Of a stretch of 64,000 bases of DNA, positions 9,214 to 17,222 are shown piece by piece. Each line of letters starts with the position of its first letter. The stretch's first letter is position 1. The stretch comes from an uncultured delta proteobacterium (GTDB lineage Bacteria > Myxococcota_A > UBA9160 > UBA4427). Where the stretch lies: positions 896,001 to 960,000 of the forward strand of contig CAWGJT010000005.1 of assembly GCA_963822965.1 (NCBI GenBank). Direction: 5' to 3'. The position numbers and the translations under genes are program-made. The notes under the pieces were generated by a model. It saw only the letters and a list, made by a program, of their open reading frames with translations, was not told the origin of the DNA and did no database searches.

Positions 9214-9348
9214 ATCTAACGGATCGGCGTTCAGCGGCCAGCAACAGCGCCTCTGAGGCCGCCCGAAGCGCCAGAGGTTGACGCCAGAAGACTACCAAAC
9301 CACAATTGAGAGGCGCTGTTGGCCGTCCGCTGCAACGCCTTGTTAGAC
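9214..9348 (-). repeat. attC site (135 bp)
   Basis: Minus strand GTCTAAC-AAGGCGTTGCAGCGG...CCGCTGAACGCCGATCC-GTTAGAT; imperfect long inverted repeat. Confidence 0.9.
9278..9306 (+). promoter_or_regulatory. Sigma70-like promoter inside attC, facing the TA operon
   Basis: TTGACG (9278-9283), 17 nt, CACAAT (9301-9306). Confidence 0.55.
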
Positions 9349-9372
9349 CGGCCGGGCAAGGAGGTCGCACAC

Positions 9373-9597
9373 ATGGGTTGGGAAGAGCGAATCGTCGTCG
9401 ACCCCGAGGTGCGTGGCGGAAAGCCTTGCATTCGCGGGACACGGATTACCGTCTACGACGTACTTGAGTACATGGCGGGGGATATGTCGGAGTCGGAGAT
9501 CCTGAGGGACTTCCCCGATCTGACGGCCGAGGATCTGAAGGCCTGCCTGGCGTTCGCCGCGGCACGTGAACGCAGGCTGGCTAGCCCCGCTGCGTGA
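9373..9597 (+). CDS. Cassette antitoxin, DUF433 family
   Basis: RIVVDPEVRGGKPCIRGTRITVYDVL...ILRDFPDLTAEDLKACLAFA; GGAGG RBS. Confidence 0.92.
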   Translation: MGWEERIVVDPEVRGGKPCIRGTRITVYDVLEYMAGDMSESEILRDFPDLTAEDLKACLAFAAARERRLASPAA

Positions 9598-9935
9598 AGC
9601 TGTTGTTCGACGAGAACGTGAGCCCACGGCTCACCGACCTGGTTCGAGCCCACTACCCGGACACCGAGCATGTTCGTCGAGTCGGACTCACCGGGGCTGC
9701 CGACGGGCGCATCTGGGAGTTCGCCAAGGAGAATGGATTCGTCATCGTCTCGAAGGATGACGACTTCAGGCAGCGCAGCTTCCTGGAGGGAGCCCCTCCG
9801 AAGGTCGTGTGGCTCCAGGTTGGCAATGCTGGCACCCAGAGAATTGCGGATCTGCTGATCCGCCAGGTCCGACGCATGCGCGACTTCGAGCAGGAAGACG
9901 AGTCCGCACTGCTGATTCTTCGCGAGGCGGTCTAA
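9594..9935 (+). CDS. Cassette toxin, DUF5615 PIN-like family
   Basis: MKLLFDENVS...HV...D..IWEFAK....IVSKDDDF; 4-bp overlap with the antitoxin; stop codon lies in the attC core box. Confidence 0.9.
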   Translation: MKLLFDENVSPRLTDLVRAHYPDTEHVRRVGLTGAADGRIWEFAKENGFVIVSKDDDFRQRSFLEGAPPKVVWLQVGNAGTQRIADLLIRQVRRMRDFEQEDESALLILREAV

Positions 9936-10063
9936 CGGAATGGGCGCTCAGCTGCGTGGCACAGGCCGCCGACGGTCGCTGAGGCACCCAAGTTCAATGC
10001 CAGACTCTACCAGAGGTCGATTGGAACGCGCTGTGCCACGTCAGCTGCAGCGCCTTGTTAGGC
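9930..10063 (-). repeat. attC site (134 bp)
   Basis: Minus GCCTAAC-AAGGCGCTGCAGCTG...CAGCTGAGCGCCCATTCC-GTTAGAC. Confidence 0.9.
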
Positions 10064-10078
10064 AGCGTCGCGAACGAC

Positions 10079-10432
10079 CTACCGCTCGAACGGGTCGCCG
10101 ACCTCGGTAAGGTATCGCTTGGCCGCCGCTACTTCGGCGGTTGCATCATCGCTGAGCTCCAACTCGAGCGTCTCGGCGTCGCGCACCATAGTTCGGAGGA
10201 GACCGTCGAGCACTCGGAGACCTTCGTGTTGATCGTCTTCGCGAATGAGGCGAAGCCCCTTGGTGAGCCAGACGAGGTAACGAGTCTCGTACTCTGTGGC
10301 AGCAGCGACGGCTTCCAGGGCGGCTGCTCGCTGCTGCTGCGCGGCGCCTTGGATCTGGTTGGCGTGGTACCAGAAGGCCACGGCCGAGGCCGCAAGGACC
10401 CAGCAAAGCAACCACGCGATTCGCTCTCGCAC
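10079..10432 (-). CDS. Cassette gene: hypothetical N-terminally anchored protein, copy 1
   Basis: 117-aa ORF fills the space between element A and attC; N-terminal hydrophobic helix. Confidence 0.65.
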   Translation of the reverse strand: MRERIAWLLCWVLAASAVAFWYHANQIQGAAQQQRAAALEAVAAATEYETRYLVWLTKGLRLIREDDQHEGLRVLDGLLRTMVRDAETLELELSDDATAEVAAAKRYLTEVGDPFER

Positions 10433-10444
10433 TTGACGCTGCCT

Positions 10445-12077
10445 TCTATGTTGGCCATTCCGTCAACCCCCGCGGCCGACGCTGTTCGATTCTACATGGC
10501 CCACACTCCCCGGGGTAGCCTCTCATCCGACGACCTGGCGGCTTCCGGGCGACGTCCGGACCACGCCGAACCACCTTCTATCCGTGCCGAGGACCCCGCC
10601 TCGAGCACAAGAGCCCGTGTGCGCGCGAGCGCGAACTGTGAAGCCTCGGCGCGGGCAGCCCCATCTAACGGGCGGCGCCGATTGCTCGACACCCGGCGGC
10701 GTAACGAGCCACCCGCTCCCAGCTCGGATTCGATCTCCCCTCTTCCCCTCGAAAGCCTCTTCCGCCCCGCGGCCGTCAGGCCGCGGGCCTCAGGCACGGC
10801 CCCAGAGAACGAGCCGATCTACCACCGCACCCGCAGATCCGTCTTCAGCTCCGCCCCCTCCGGCAACACCCCCGTCTCCACGAACCGCCAGAGCGCCACC
10901 AGGAGCTTCCGCGCCAGCGCCACGATCCCGATCTTCCGGATCCGCGGGCTGCCGGACCCGAAGCGGCGCTCGTACCACTTCGACAGCGCGCTCTCTGGCT
11001 GGAACCGAAGCCACGACCACGCCAGCTCGATGGCACTGCCCCGGATGTAACGACTCCCATCCTTCCCGATCCCCTGCTCCCGGAACCGCTTGCCGCTGTC
11101 CTGCGGCGTCGGAGTGAGACCGGCCAGCGATCCCACCTGCTTGCCATTCCGGAAGGTCCGCCAGCCGAAGAACTCCATGCTGTACAACCACGCCGTGTTC
11201 ACCCCCACCCCCCGCAACGTGAACAGCTGCTGCGCCTTGGCCACGGCGAGATCCTCGGGCTCCTTCTCCTGCAGCTGATGCCGGCGCTCCGCCTCGAGCG
11301 CTCGGATCCGGGTCGTGAAGTACGCGTAGTCGGTGGCGTAGCGCTGCAACCGGGCCGCCAACGCGGGCGGGAGCTCGCTCCCGTCCCACAGCCGCAGGCC
11401 CGAGAGCCGCTCCGACAGATCCTTCCAGCCTCGGAGCACGAGCCCGTGGTTCGCGAGCAGGCTCTTGATCCGGTTGCTCACGCGGGTCCGATCTGCCTTG
11501 GCGCTTCGGAGCTCGCGGTGCAGGTGTCGTCGGTCCTCCTCCGCCACCGAGGGAACCCGCACCACGCTGAAGACCGGCTTCGCGCTCCCGGCCAGGTGCC
11601 GCGCCAACAGATCACACAGCGCCGCCAGATCCAGCCGGTCCGTCTTCGCGCGTCGCCGCTTCTGCGGCCTCTCGATGCTGGCCGAGTCGATCACCAGGTT
11701 CTCGACGCCTTCCGACTCGAGCCAGCGGTGCAGCCAGAAGCCGTCGCGCCCGGCCTCGTAGCAGCTCACGATCCGAGCGTCGGCGGGCAAGCCGAGCTTC
11801 TTGCGCGCCCACGCGATCTGTACCCGGAGACCCTGCCGGTCTCGCGATGCGAGGTTCCGCACGAGCGGGGTCTGCCCGAACGCCGAGCTGAACCCGACCT
11901 TCCACTTCTCTTCGCCCAGCTCGAGGGCCAGCATCAGAGTCGGGGTCGCTGCGGTAATCTCGACGTCGAGGTCGCTGCCGTTTTCTTGGACAAGGTGTCC
12001 CTCCAGTGTGTTTGAAGTTCACAAAGGAGGTTAACGGCAGCGGCCTTCTGCTCCGGAGCCCATCGCTCATAGGCTCT
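10445..12077 (-). mobile_element. IS110 type A, copy 2 (divergent allele)
   Basis: 1633 bp; CT core duplicated (10443-10444 and 12076-12077); removal restores GTTAGGCAGCGTC, the inverse of the cassette's R'' GACGCTGCCTAAC. Confidence 0.92.
10819..11934 (-). CDS. IS110 type A transposase, copy 2 (1-bp indel in the N-terminal extension)
   Basis: Same protein as copy 1 with 4 amino-acid changes; frameshift near 11964 upstream of MLALELG. Confidence 0.85.
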   Translation of the reverse strand: MLALELGEEKWKVGFSSAFGQTPLVRNLASRDRQGLRVQIAWARKKLGLPADARIVSCYEAGRDGFWLHRWLESEGVENLVIDSASIERPQKRRRAKTDRLDLAALCDLLARHLAGSAKPVFSVVRVPSVAEEDRRHLHRELRSAKADRTRVSNRIKSLLANHGLVLRGWKDLSERLSGLRLWDGSELPPALAARLQRYATDYAYFTTRIRALEAERRHQLQEKEPEDLAVAKAQQLFTLRGVGVNTAWLYSMEFFGWRTFRNGKQVGSLAGLTPTPQDSGKRFREQGIGKDGSRYIRGSAIELAWSWLRFQPESALSKWYERRFGSGSPRIRKIGIVALARKLLVALWRFVETGVLPEGAELKTDLRVRW

Positions 12078-12203
12078 AACGGATCGGGCTTCAGCTGCAC
12101 CAGCCAGCGCTGACCGGCCTCGCCGAAGCCACAAGAGTTGCGATGCCAGAAGGCTACCAGACCCGAGAACGCCCAGCTGGCTGGTGTCAGCTGCAAGCCC
12201 TTG
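12074..12203 (-). repeat. attC site interrupted in R'' by element C (remainder at 13860-13866)
   Basis: + CTAACGGATCGGGCTTCAGCTG...CAGCTGCAAGCCCTTG then IS, then TTGGGCGGC. Confidence 0.88.
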
Positions 12204-12292
12204 ATCCTCATCCAGGCCCCCTCCTGTGCCTACTCCACTCGGAGTAGGCTGGTTGGAAGCACTAACACACCAACCGTTTCCAGGAGAGAGCG

Positions 12293-13338
12293 ATGAGATT
12301 CTATACCAAGACGCACGAGCACTACTGCGGGATCGATCTGCACGCCAAGACCATGTACCTCTGCATCCTCGACGGGGCAGGCGAGATCCTGCTCCACAAG
12401 AACATGAAGAGCCGCCCCGAGGCCTTCCTCGAAGCCGTTGCCCCCTATCGCGAGGGTCTCGTCGTCGCCGTCGAGTGCATGTTCACCTGGTACTGGCTCG
12501 CCGATCTGTGCCGCCAGGAGGGGATCGAGTTCGTGCTCGGCCACGCCCTGTACATGAAGGCCATCCACGGCGGCAAGGCCAAGAACGACAAGGTCGATGC
12601 CTTCAAGATCGCCGCCCTGCTGCGGGGCGGGAACCTGCCGCAGGCCTACGTCTACCCGCCCGAGATGCGCGGCCACCCGGGATCTGCTGCGAAGGCGTCT
12701 TCACCTCGTCCGGCGACGAGCGAACCTGCTGGCCCACATCCAGAACACCCACCACCAGTACAACCTGCCCGAGCCGTCCGCCAAGGTCGCCTACAAGGCG
12801 AACCGGGCAGGCGTCGCCGAGGCCTTCGAGGAGGCCGATGCCCGCAAGAGCCTGGAGATCGACTTCGCGCTCATCGAACACTACGACGAGGTCATCCGCG
12901 AGCTCGAGCTCCATCTCGTGCGACGCGCCAAGCAGCACGACCCCCAGGCCTACCACCGGCTCCGCTCGGTCCCCGGCATCGGCAAGATCCTGGCGCTCAC
13001 GATCCTCTACGAGATCCACGACGTCGAGCGCTTCGCGCGCGTGCAGGATTTCCTCTCGTACGCGCGGCTCGTGAAGTGCGATCACAGCTCGGCGGGCAAG
13101 AAGCTCGGCACCGGCGGTGCGAAGATCGGCAACGTCACCTCAAGTGGGCTTTCTCCGAGGCCGCCGTCCTCTTCCTCCGCAACAACCCGGCCGGCCAGAC
13201 CCATCTGCGCAGGCTCGCCGGGAAGCACGGCAAGGCCAAGGCGCTGTCGATCCTCGCGGCGAAGCTTGGTCGGCCGTCTACTTCATGCTGAAGCGCGAAC
13301 GCGCATTCGAGATGGAGCGCTTCCTGGCACACAGCTGA
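12293..13338 (+). CDS. IS110 type C transposase, split by three 1-bp frameshifts (probably assembly errors)
   Basis: CGIDLH / AVEC / KNDKVD; SVPGIG...HSSAGK...IGN.HLKWAF; shifts near 12671, 13136 and 13273 in short G/C runs. Confidence 0.85.
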
Positions 13339-13858
13339 AAAGGAGCGGAGGCGGGTGATCCCGCCGTCTAACTGGAGCCGGTTCCCAGCTGGGAACGAGG
13401 GTAGAGCCCGAGCAAGAGGTCTGCAAGAGATCCGGAGATCTGTGACCGTGGCCCCCCGGCCACCGGCCACCGAGCACGCGAGGACCTCATCGGCACCACG
13501 CCCGGCATCCGATCGCCTTGATTGGAGATCCGCCTCCCCTCCGAACATTCGTGGGGCGCCGAAGGGCGTTCCTCCAAAGCGTTCTGCCCCTCTCTCGAGC
13601 CCGGAGCCAACTGGACGAACAGAGCCAGACCGAGTTTGATTGGACGAGCGAGGGAACCGATGTGTTTCTGGGACACGGCGCGGCAACAAGGCGCCGATCA
13701 AGATCCCCGATAGGTGTTTGGTGCAGGCGCAACGCCTGGAACCAGTCGAAGGAAACAAAGTCGGAACCGAGGAGGAACGACGCGCTCGAGAGCAACGCCG
13801 CTTCAACCGCAGGCGTCACGGGATCACTTTATCCCTTGACGACCGGGGGCCTGATAGG
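13339..13858 (+). ncRNA. Putative seek/bridge RNA region of element C
   Basis: CGCCTTG 13514-13520 and CAACAAGGCG 13684-13693 match the two strands of the attC R'' target; GATAGGTG 13709-13716 and GGATCAC 13821-13827 match the circle junction. Confidence 0.7.
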
Positions 13859-13888
13859 TGTTGGGCGGCATTCAGCGCACCCCACTCG

Positions 13889-14335
13889 TCACTCGGAGCT
13901 CCGTTTCCGTTGCTCGCGAATCATGTCGGCGACCGGCTGCGGTCGCCTGATGCCAGCAAAGACGATTTCGACTCCGGATTGTCCGGCAGTCGATATCCCA
14001 ACATTGCCTATTCCGAACATTCTTTGGATGATGCCTTGGTTGACCTGGACGTTGCGAATGTCAGAGATCTCGACCTCCGAGACGCGCCGCGACAGGAGAC
14101 CCTTTCGCTGGACCACGCGCTCAGAGGTGACCGTGTAGCTCGTGGCGTAGACATTCAAGTAGGCAATTCCGACCAACAGGAGACCGAACAAGACGCCGCC
14201 GGCGGCTACGCCTCTCGTTTCGGCGGGAATGAACAGGAGACTGCTCAGTAGGATGAGAATGGCGGCGAGAGCGATCAGAACTGCGTAGTTGATCAACGAC
14301 GTACGCCCCTGGTAGATCGTGCTCTCCATGCTCAT
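13889..14335 (-). CDS. Cassette gene: membrane protein with bacterial PH domain (bPH_2/YdbS-like)
   Basis: Two TM helices then YTVTSERVVQRKGLLSRR..E....DIRNV.V.QGIIQRMFGIGNV.I.TAG. Confidence 0.85.
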   Translation of the reverse strand: MSMESTIYQGRTSLINYAVLIALAAILILLSSLLFIPAETRGVAAGGVLFGLLLVGIAYLNVYATSYTVTSERVVQRKGLLSRRVSEVEISDIRNVQVNQGIIQRMFGIGNVGISTAGQSGVEIVFAGIRRPQPVADMIREQRKRSSE

Positions 14336-14393
14336 CTCCACGGTGTGTTGCTGATCAAGCGGCGGCTCGCGCTGCTCGCGGCTTCGCAATGCC

Positions 14394-14527
14394 GCCCAAC
14401 GGAATGGGCGCTCAGCTGCGTGGCACAGGCCGCCGACGGTCGCTGAGGCACCCAAGTTCAATGCCAGACTCTACCAGAGGTCGATTGGAACGCGCTGTGC
14501 CACGTCAGCTGCAGCGCCTTGTTAGGC
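14394..14527 (-). repeat. attC site (134 bp), duplicate of 9930-10063
   Basis: Identical from AAC onward; R' here is GTTGGGC. Confidence 0.9.
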
Positions 14528-14542
14528 AGCGTCGCGAACGAC

Positions 14543-14896
14543 CTACCGCTCGAACGGGTCGCCGACCTCGGTAAGGTATCGCTTGGCCGCCGCTACTTCG
14601 GCGGTTGCATCATCGCTGAGCTCCAACTCGAGCGTCTCGGCGTCGCGCACCATAGTTCGGAGGAGACCGTCGAGCACTCGGAGACCTTCGTGTTGATCGT
14701 CTTCGCGAATGAGGCGAAGCCCCTTGGTGAGCCAGACGAGGTAACGAGTCTCGTACTCTGTGGCAGCAGCGACGGCTTCCAGGGCGGCTGCTCGCTGCTG
14801 CTGCGCGGCGCCTTGGATCTGGTTGGCGTGGTACCAGAAGGCCACGGCCGAGGCCGCAAGGACCCAGCAAAGCAACCACGCGATTCGCTCTCGCAC
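14543..14896 (-). CDS. Cassette gene: hypothetical protein, copy 2
   Basis: Identical translation to 10079..10432. Confidence 0.65.
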   Translation of the reverse strand: MRERIAWLLCWVLAASAVAFWYHANQIQGAAQQQRAAALEAVAAATEYETRYLVWLTKGLRLIREDDQHEGLRVLDGLLRTMVRDAETLELELSDDATAEVAAAKRYLTEVGDPFER

Positions 14897-14908
14897 TTGA
14901 CGCTGCCT

Positions 14909-16544
14909 TCTATGTTGGCCATTCCGTCAACCCCCGCGGCCGACGCTGTTCGATTCTACATGGCCCACACTCCCCGGGGTAGCCTCTCATCCGACGACCT
15001 GGCGGCTTCCGGGCGACGTCCGGACCACGCCGAACCACCTTCTATCCGTGCCGAGGACCCCGCCTCGAGCACAAGAGCCCGTGTGCGCGCGAGCGCGAAC
15101 TGTGAAGCCTCGGCGCGGGCAGCCCCATCTAACGGGCGGCGCCGATTGCTCGACACCCGGCGGCGTAACGAGCCACCCGCTCCCAGCTCGGATTCGATCT
15201 CCCCTCTTCCCCTCGAAAGCCTCTTCCGCCCCGCGGCCGTCAGGCCGCGGGCCTCAGGCACGGCCCCAGAGAACGAGCCGATCTACCACCGCACCCGCAG
15301 ATCCGTCTTCAGCTCCGCCCCCTCCGGCAACACCCCCGTCTCCACGAACCGCCACAGCGCCACCAGGAGCTTCCGCGCCAGCGCCACGATCCCGATCTTC
15401 CGGATCCGCGGGCTGCCGGACCCGAAGCGGCGCTCGTACCACTTCGACAGCGCGCTCTCTGGCTGGAACCGCAGCCACGACCACGCCAGCTCGATGGCAC
15501 TGCCCCGGATGTGACGACTCCCATCCTTCCCGATCCCCTGCTCCCGGAACCGCTTGCCGCTGTCCTGCGGCGTCGGAGTGAGACCGGCCAGCGATCCCAC
15601 CTCCTTGCCGCTCCGGAAGGTCCGCCAGCCGAAGAACTCCATGCTGTACAACCACGCCGTGTTCACCCCCACCCCCCGCAACGTGAACAGCTGCTGCGCC
15701 TTGGCCACGGCGAGATCCTCGGGCTCCTTCTCCTGCAGCTGATGCCGGCGCTCCGCCTCGAGCGCTCGGATCCGGGTCGTGAAGTACGCGTAGTCGGTGG
15801 CGTAGCGCTGCAACCGGGCCGCCAACGCGGGCGGGAGCTCGCTCCCGTCCCACAGCCGCAGGCCCGAGAGCCGCTCCGACAGATCCTTCCAGCCTCGGAG
15901 CACGAGCCCGTGGTTCGCGAGCAGGCTCTTGATCCGGTTGCTCACGCGGGTCCGATCTGCCTTGGCGCTTCGGAGCTCGCGGTGCAGGTGTCGTCGGTCC
16001 TCCTCCGCCACCGAGGGAACCCGCACCACGCTGAAGACCGGCTTCGCGCTCCCGGCCAGGTGCCGCGCCAACAGATCACACAGCGCCGCCAGATCCAGCC
16101 GGTCCGTCTTCGCGCGTCGCCGCTTCTGCGGCCTCTCGATGCTGGCCGAGTCGATCACCAGGCTCTCGACGCCTTCCGACTCGAGCCAGCGGTGCAGCCA
16201 GAAGCCGTCGCGCCCGGCCTCGTAGCAGCTCACGATCCGAGCGTCGGCGGGCAAGCCGAGCTTCTTGCGCGCCCACGCGATCTGTACCCGGAGACCCTGC
16301 CGGTCTCGCGATGCGAGGTTCCGCACGAGCGGGGTCTGCCCGAACGCCGAGCTGAACCCGACCTTCCACTTCTCTTCGCCCAGCTCGAGGGCCAGCATCA
16401 GAGTCGGGGTCGCTGCGGTAATCTCGACCGTCGAGGTCGCTGCCGTTTTCTTGGACAAGGTGTCCCTCCAGTGTGTTTGAAGTTCACAAAGGAGGTTAAC
16501 GGCAGCGGCCTTCTGCGTTCCGGAGCCCATCGCTCATAGGCTCT
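14909..16544 (-). mobile_element. IS110 type A, copy 3
   Basis: 1636 bp; CT core at 14907-14908 and 16543-16544; protein identical to copy 1. Confidence 0.92.
15283..16458 (-). CDS. IS110 type A transposase, copy 3
   Basis: Identical translation to copy 1. Confidence 0.92.
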   Translation of the reverse strand: MSKKTAATSTVEITAATPTLMLALELGEEKWKVGFSSAFGQTPLVRNLASRDRQGLRVQIAWARKKLGLPADARIVSCYEAGRDGFWLHRWLESEGVESLVIDSASIERPQKRRRAKTDRLDLAALCDLLARHLAGSAKPVFSVVRVPSVAEEDRRHLHRELRSAKADRTRVSNRIKSLLANHGLVLRGWKDLSERLSGLRLWDGSELPPALAARLQRYATDYAYFTTRIRALEAERRHQLQEKEPEDLAVAKAQQLFTLRGVGVNTAWLYSMEFFGWRTFRSGKEVGSLAGLTPTPQDSGKRFREQGIGKDGSRHIRGSAIELAWSWLRFQPESALSKWYERRFGSGSPRIRKIGIVALARKLLVALWRFVETGVLPEGAELKTDLRVRW

Positions 16545-16669
16545 AACGGATCGGCGTTCAGCGGCTTGCGCCGATTTGGCACAGCGGCTGTGACGCCGTG
16601 GATGTCGCGATCGTATCACGATCGCTAGGCCTCTAGCGTCAGCAAGTCCGCTGCAACGGCTTGTTAGAC
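16541..16669 (-). repeat. attC site (129 bp)
   Basis: Minus GTCTAAC-AAGCCGTTGCAGCGG...CCGCTGAACGCCGATCC-GTTAGAG. Confidence 0.9.
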
Positions 16670-16695
16670 GGCGCGCGCAGGGCTGCTGCCAGCCC

Positions 16696-17016
16696 TCAGG
16701 CACGCGCTGAGATCAAGACGAAGGCGGAGATGATCACGGGTACAGCCAGGCAACCGATGCAGTATGCCTTCTCTTGGTCCGAGGGCTCTCGACTCGGCCG
16801 GACGGCCTGCAACGTAAGCAAGGCGAGACAAGGGGCGAGTGCGACAGACACCAGCGCGAGCGGGAGGGGAAAGACGACCCCAAGCGAGAAGGCGGTCAAG
16901 ACAGACGTCGCGGCCAAGACCAAAGTGACGCGTCGAGGGGCTCGCGAGCCGCTCAGATCGTAGAGATAGAGGACGAGCACCGCGGAGCTGAGTATCGGAA
17001 GGATTACATTGACCAT
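16696..17016 (-). CDS. Cassette gene: small hypothetical membrane protein
   Basis: 106 aa, 3-4 hydrophobic segments; cassette ends are perfect 13-bp inverses (GTTAGACGGCGCG / CGCGCCGTCTAAC). Confidence 0.65.
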   Translation of the reverse strand: MVNVILPILSSAVLVLYLYDLSGSRAPRRVTLVLAATSVLTAFSLGVVFPLPLALVSVALAPCLALLTLQAVRPSREPSDQEKAYCIGCLAVPVIISAFVLISARA

Positions 17017-17040
17017 GTCGCTGTATCGACCGACCGCGCC

Positions 17041-17172
17041 GTCTAACGGAATGGGCGCTCAGCGGCGTGCGCCGACCTGGCACAGCGACCGCCAACGCCT
17101 CGGACTCCGCAATTCTACCACTCTCCCATACCGGCTCAGCGGGAGCACGTCCGCTGCAGCGGCTTGTTGGGC
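17041..17172 (-). repeat. attC site (132 bp)
   Basis: Minus GCCCAAC-AAGCCGCTGCAGCGG...CCGCTGAGCGCCCATTCC-GTTAGAC. Confidence 0.9.
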
Positions 17173-17222
17173 GGCGTGCCGGTGGCCGATGCCGAATATC
17201 CGTACGGGGAACCAAGCGCCAT

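Larger units (their letters stand above)
7984..9217 (+). mobile_element. IS110-family element type B (IS621-like layout), inserted at the CT core between element A and attC
   Basis: Flanked by duplicated (T)CT at 7981-7983 and 9215-9217; removing it gives GGCTCTAACGGA, as at the other two A copies. Confidence 0.92.
12204..13860 (+). mobile_element. IS110-family element type C (IS1111-like), inserted in attC R'' box
   Basis: TG core duplicated (12202-12203 and 13859-13860); subterminal IR ATC(C)AGGCCCCC / GGGGGCCTGAT; long 3' NCR. Confidence 0.88.

Noticed and set aside
13361..13372. CCGCCGTCTAAC inside element C as an additional attC
   Set aside because: No L boxes or partner arm; at most a chance or secondary near-target for element B
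9214..17172. Recurrent ~20-nt repeats as a CRISPR array
   Set aside because: They are paired inverted arms with RYYYAAC/GTTRRRY ends separated by whole genes, i.e. attC; no cas genes and no regular spacers
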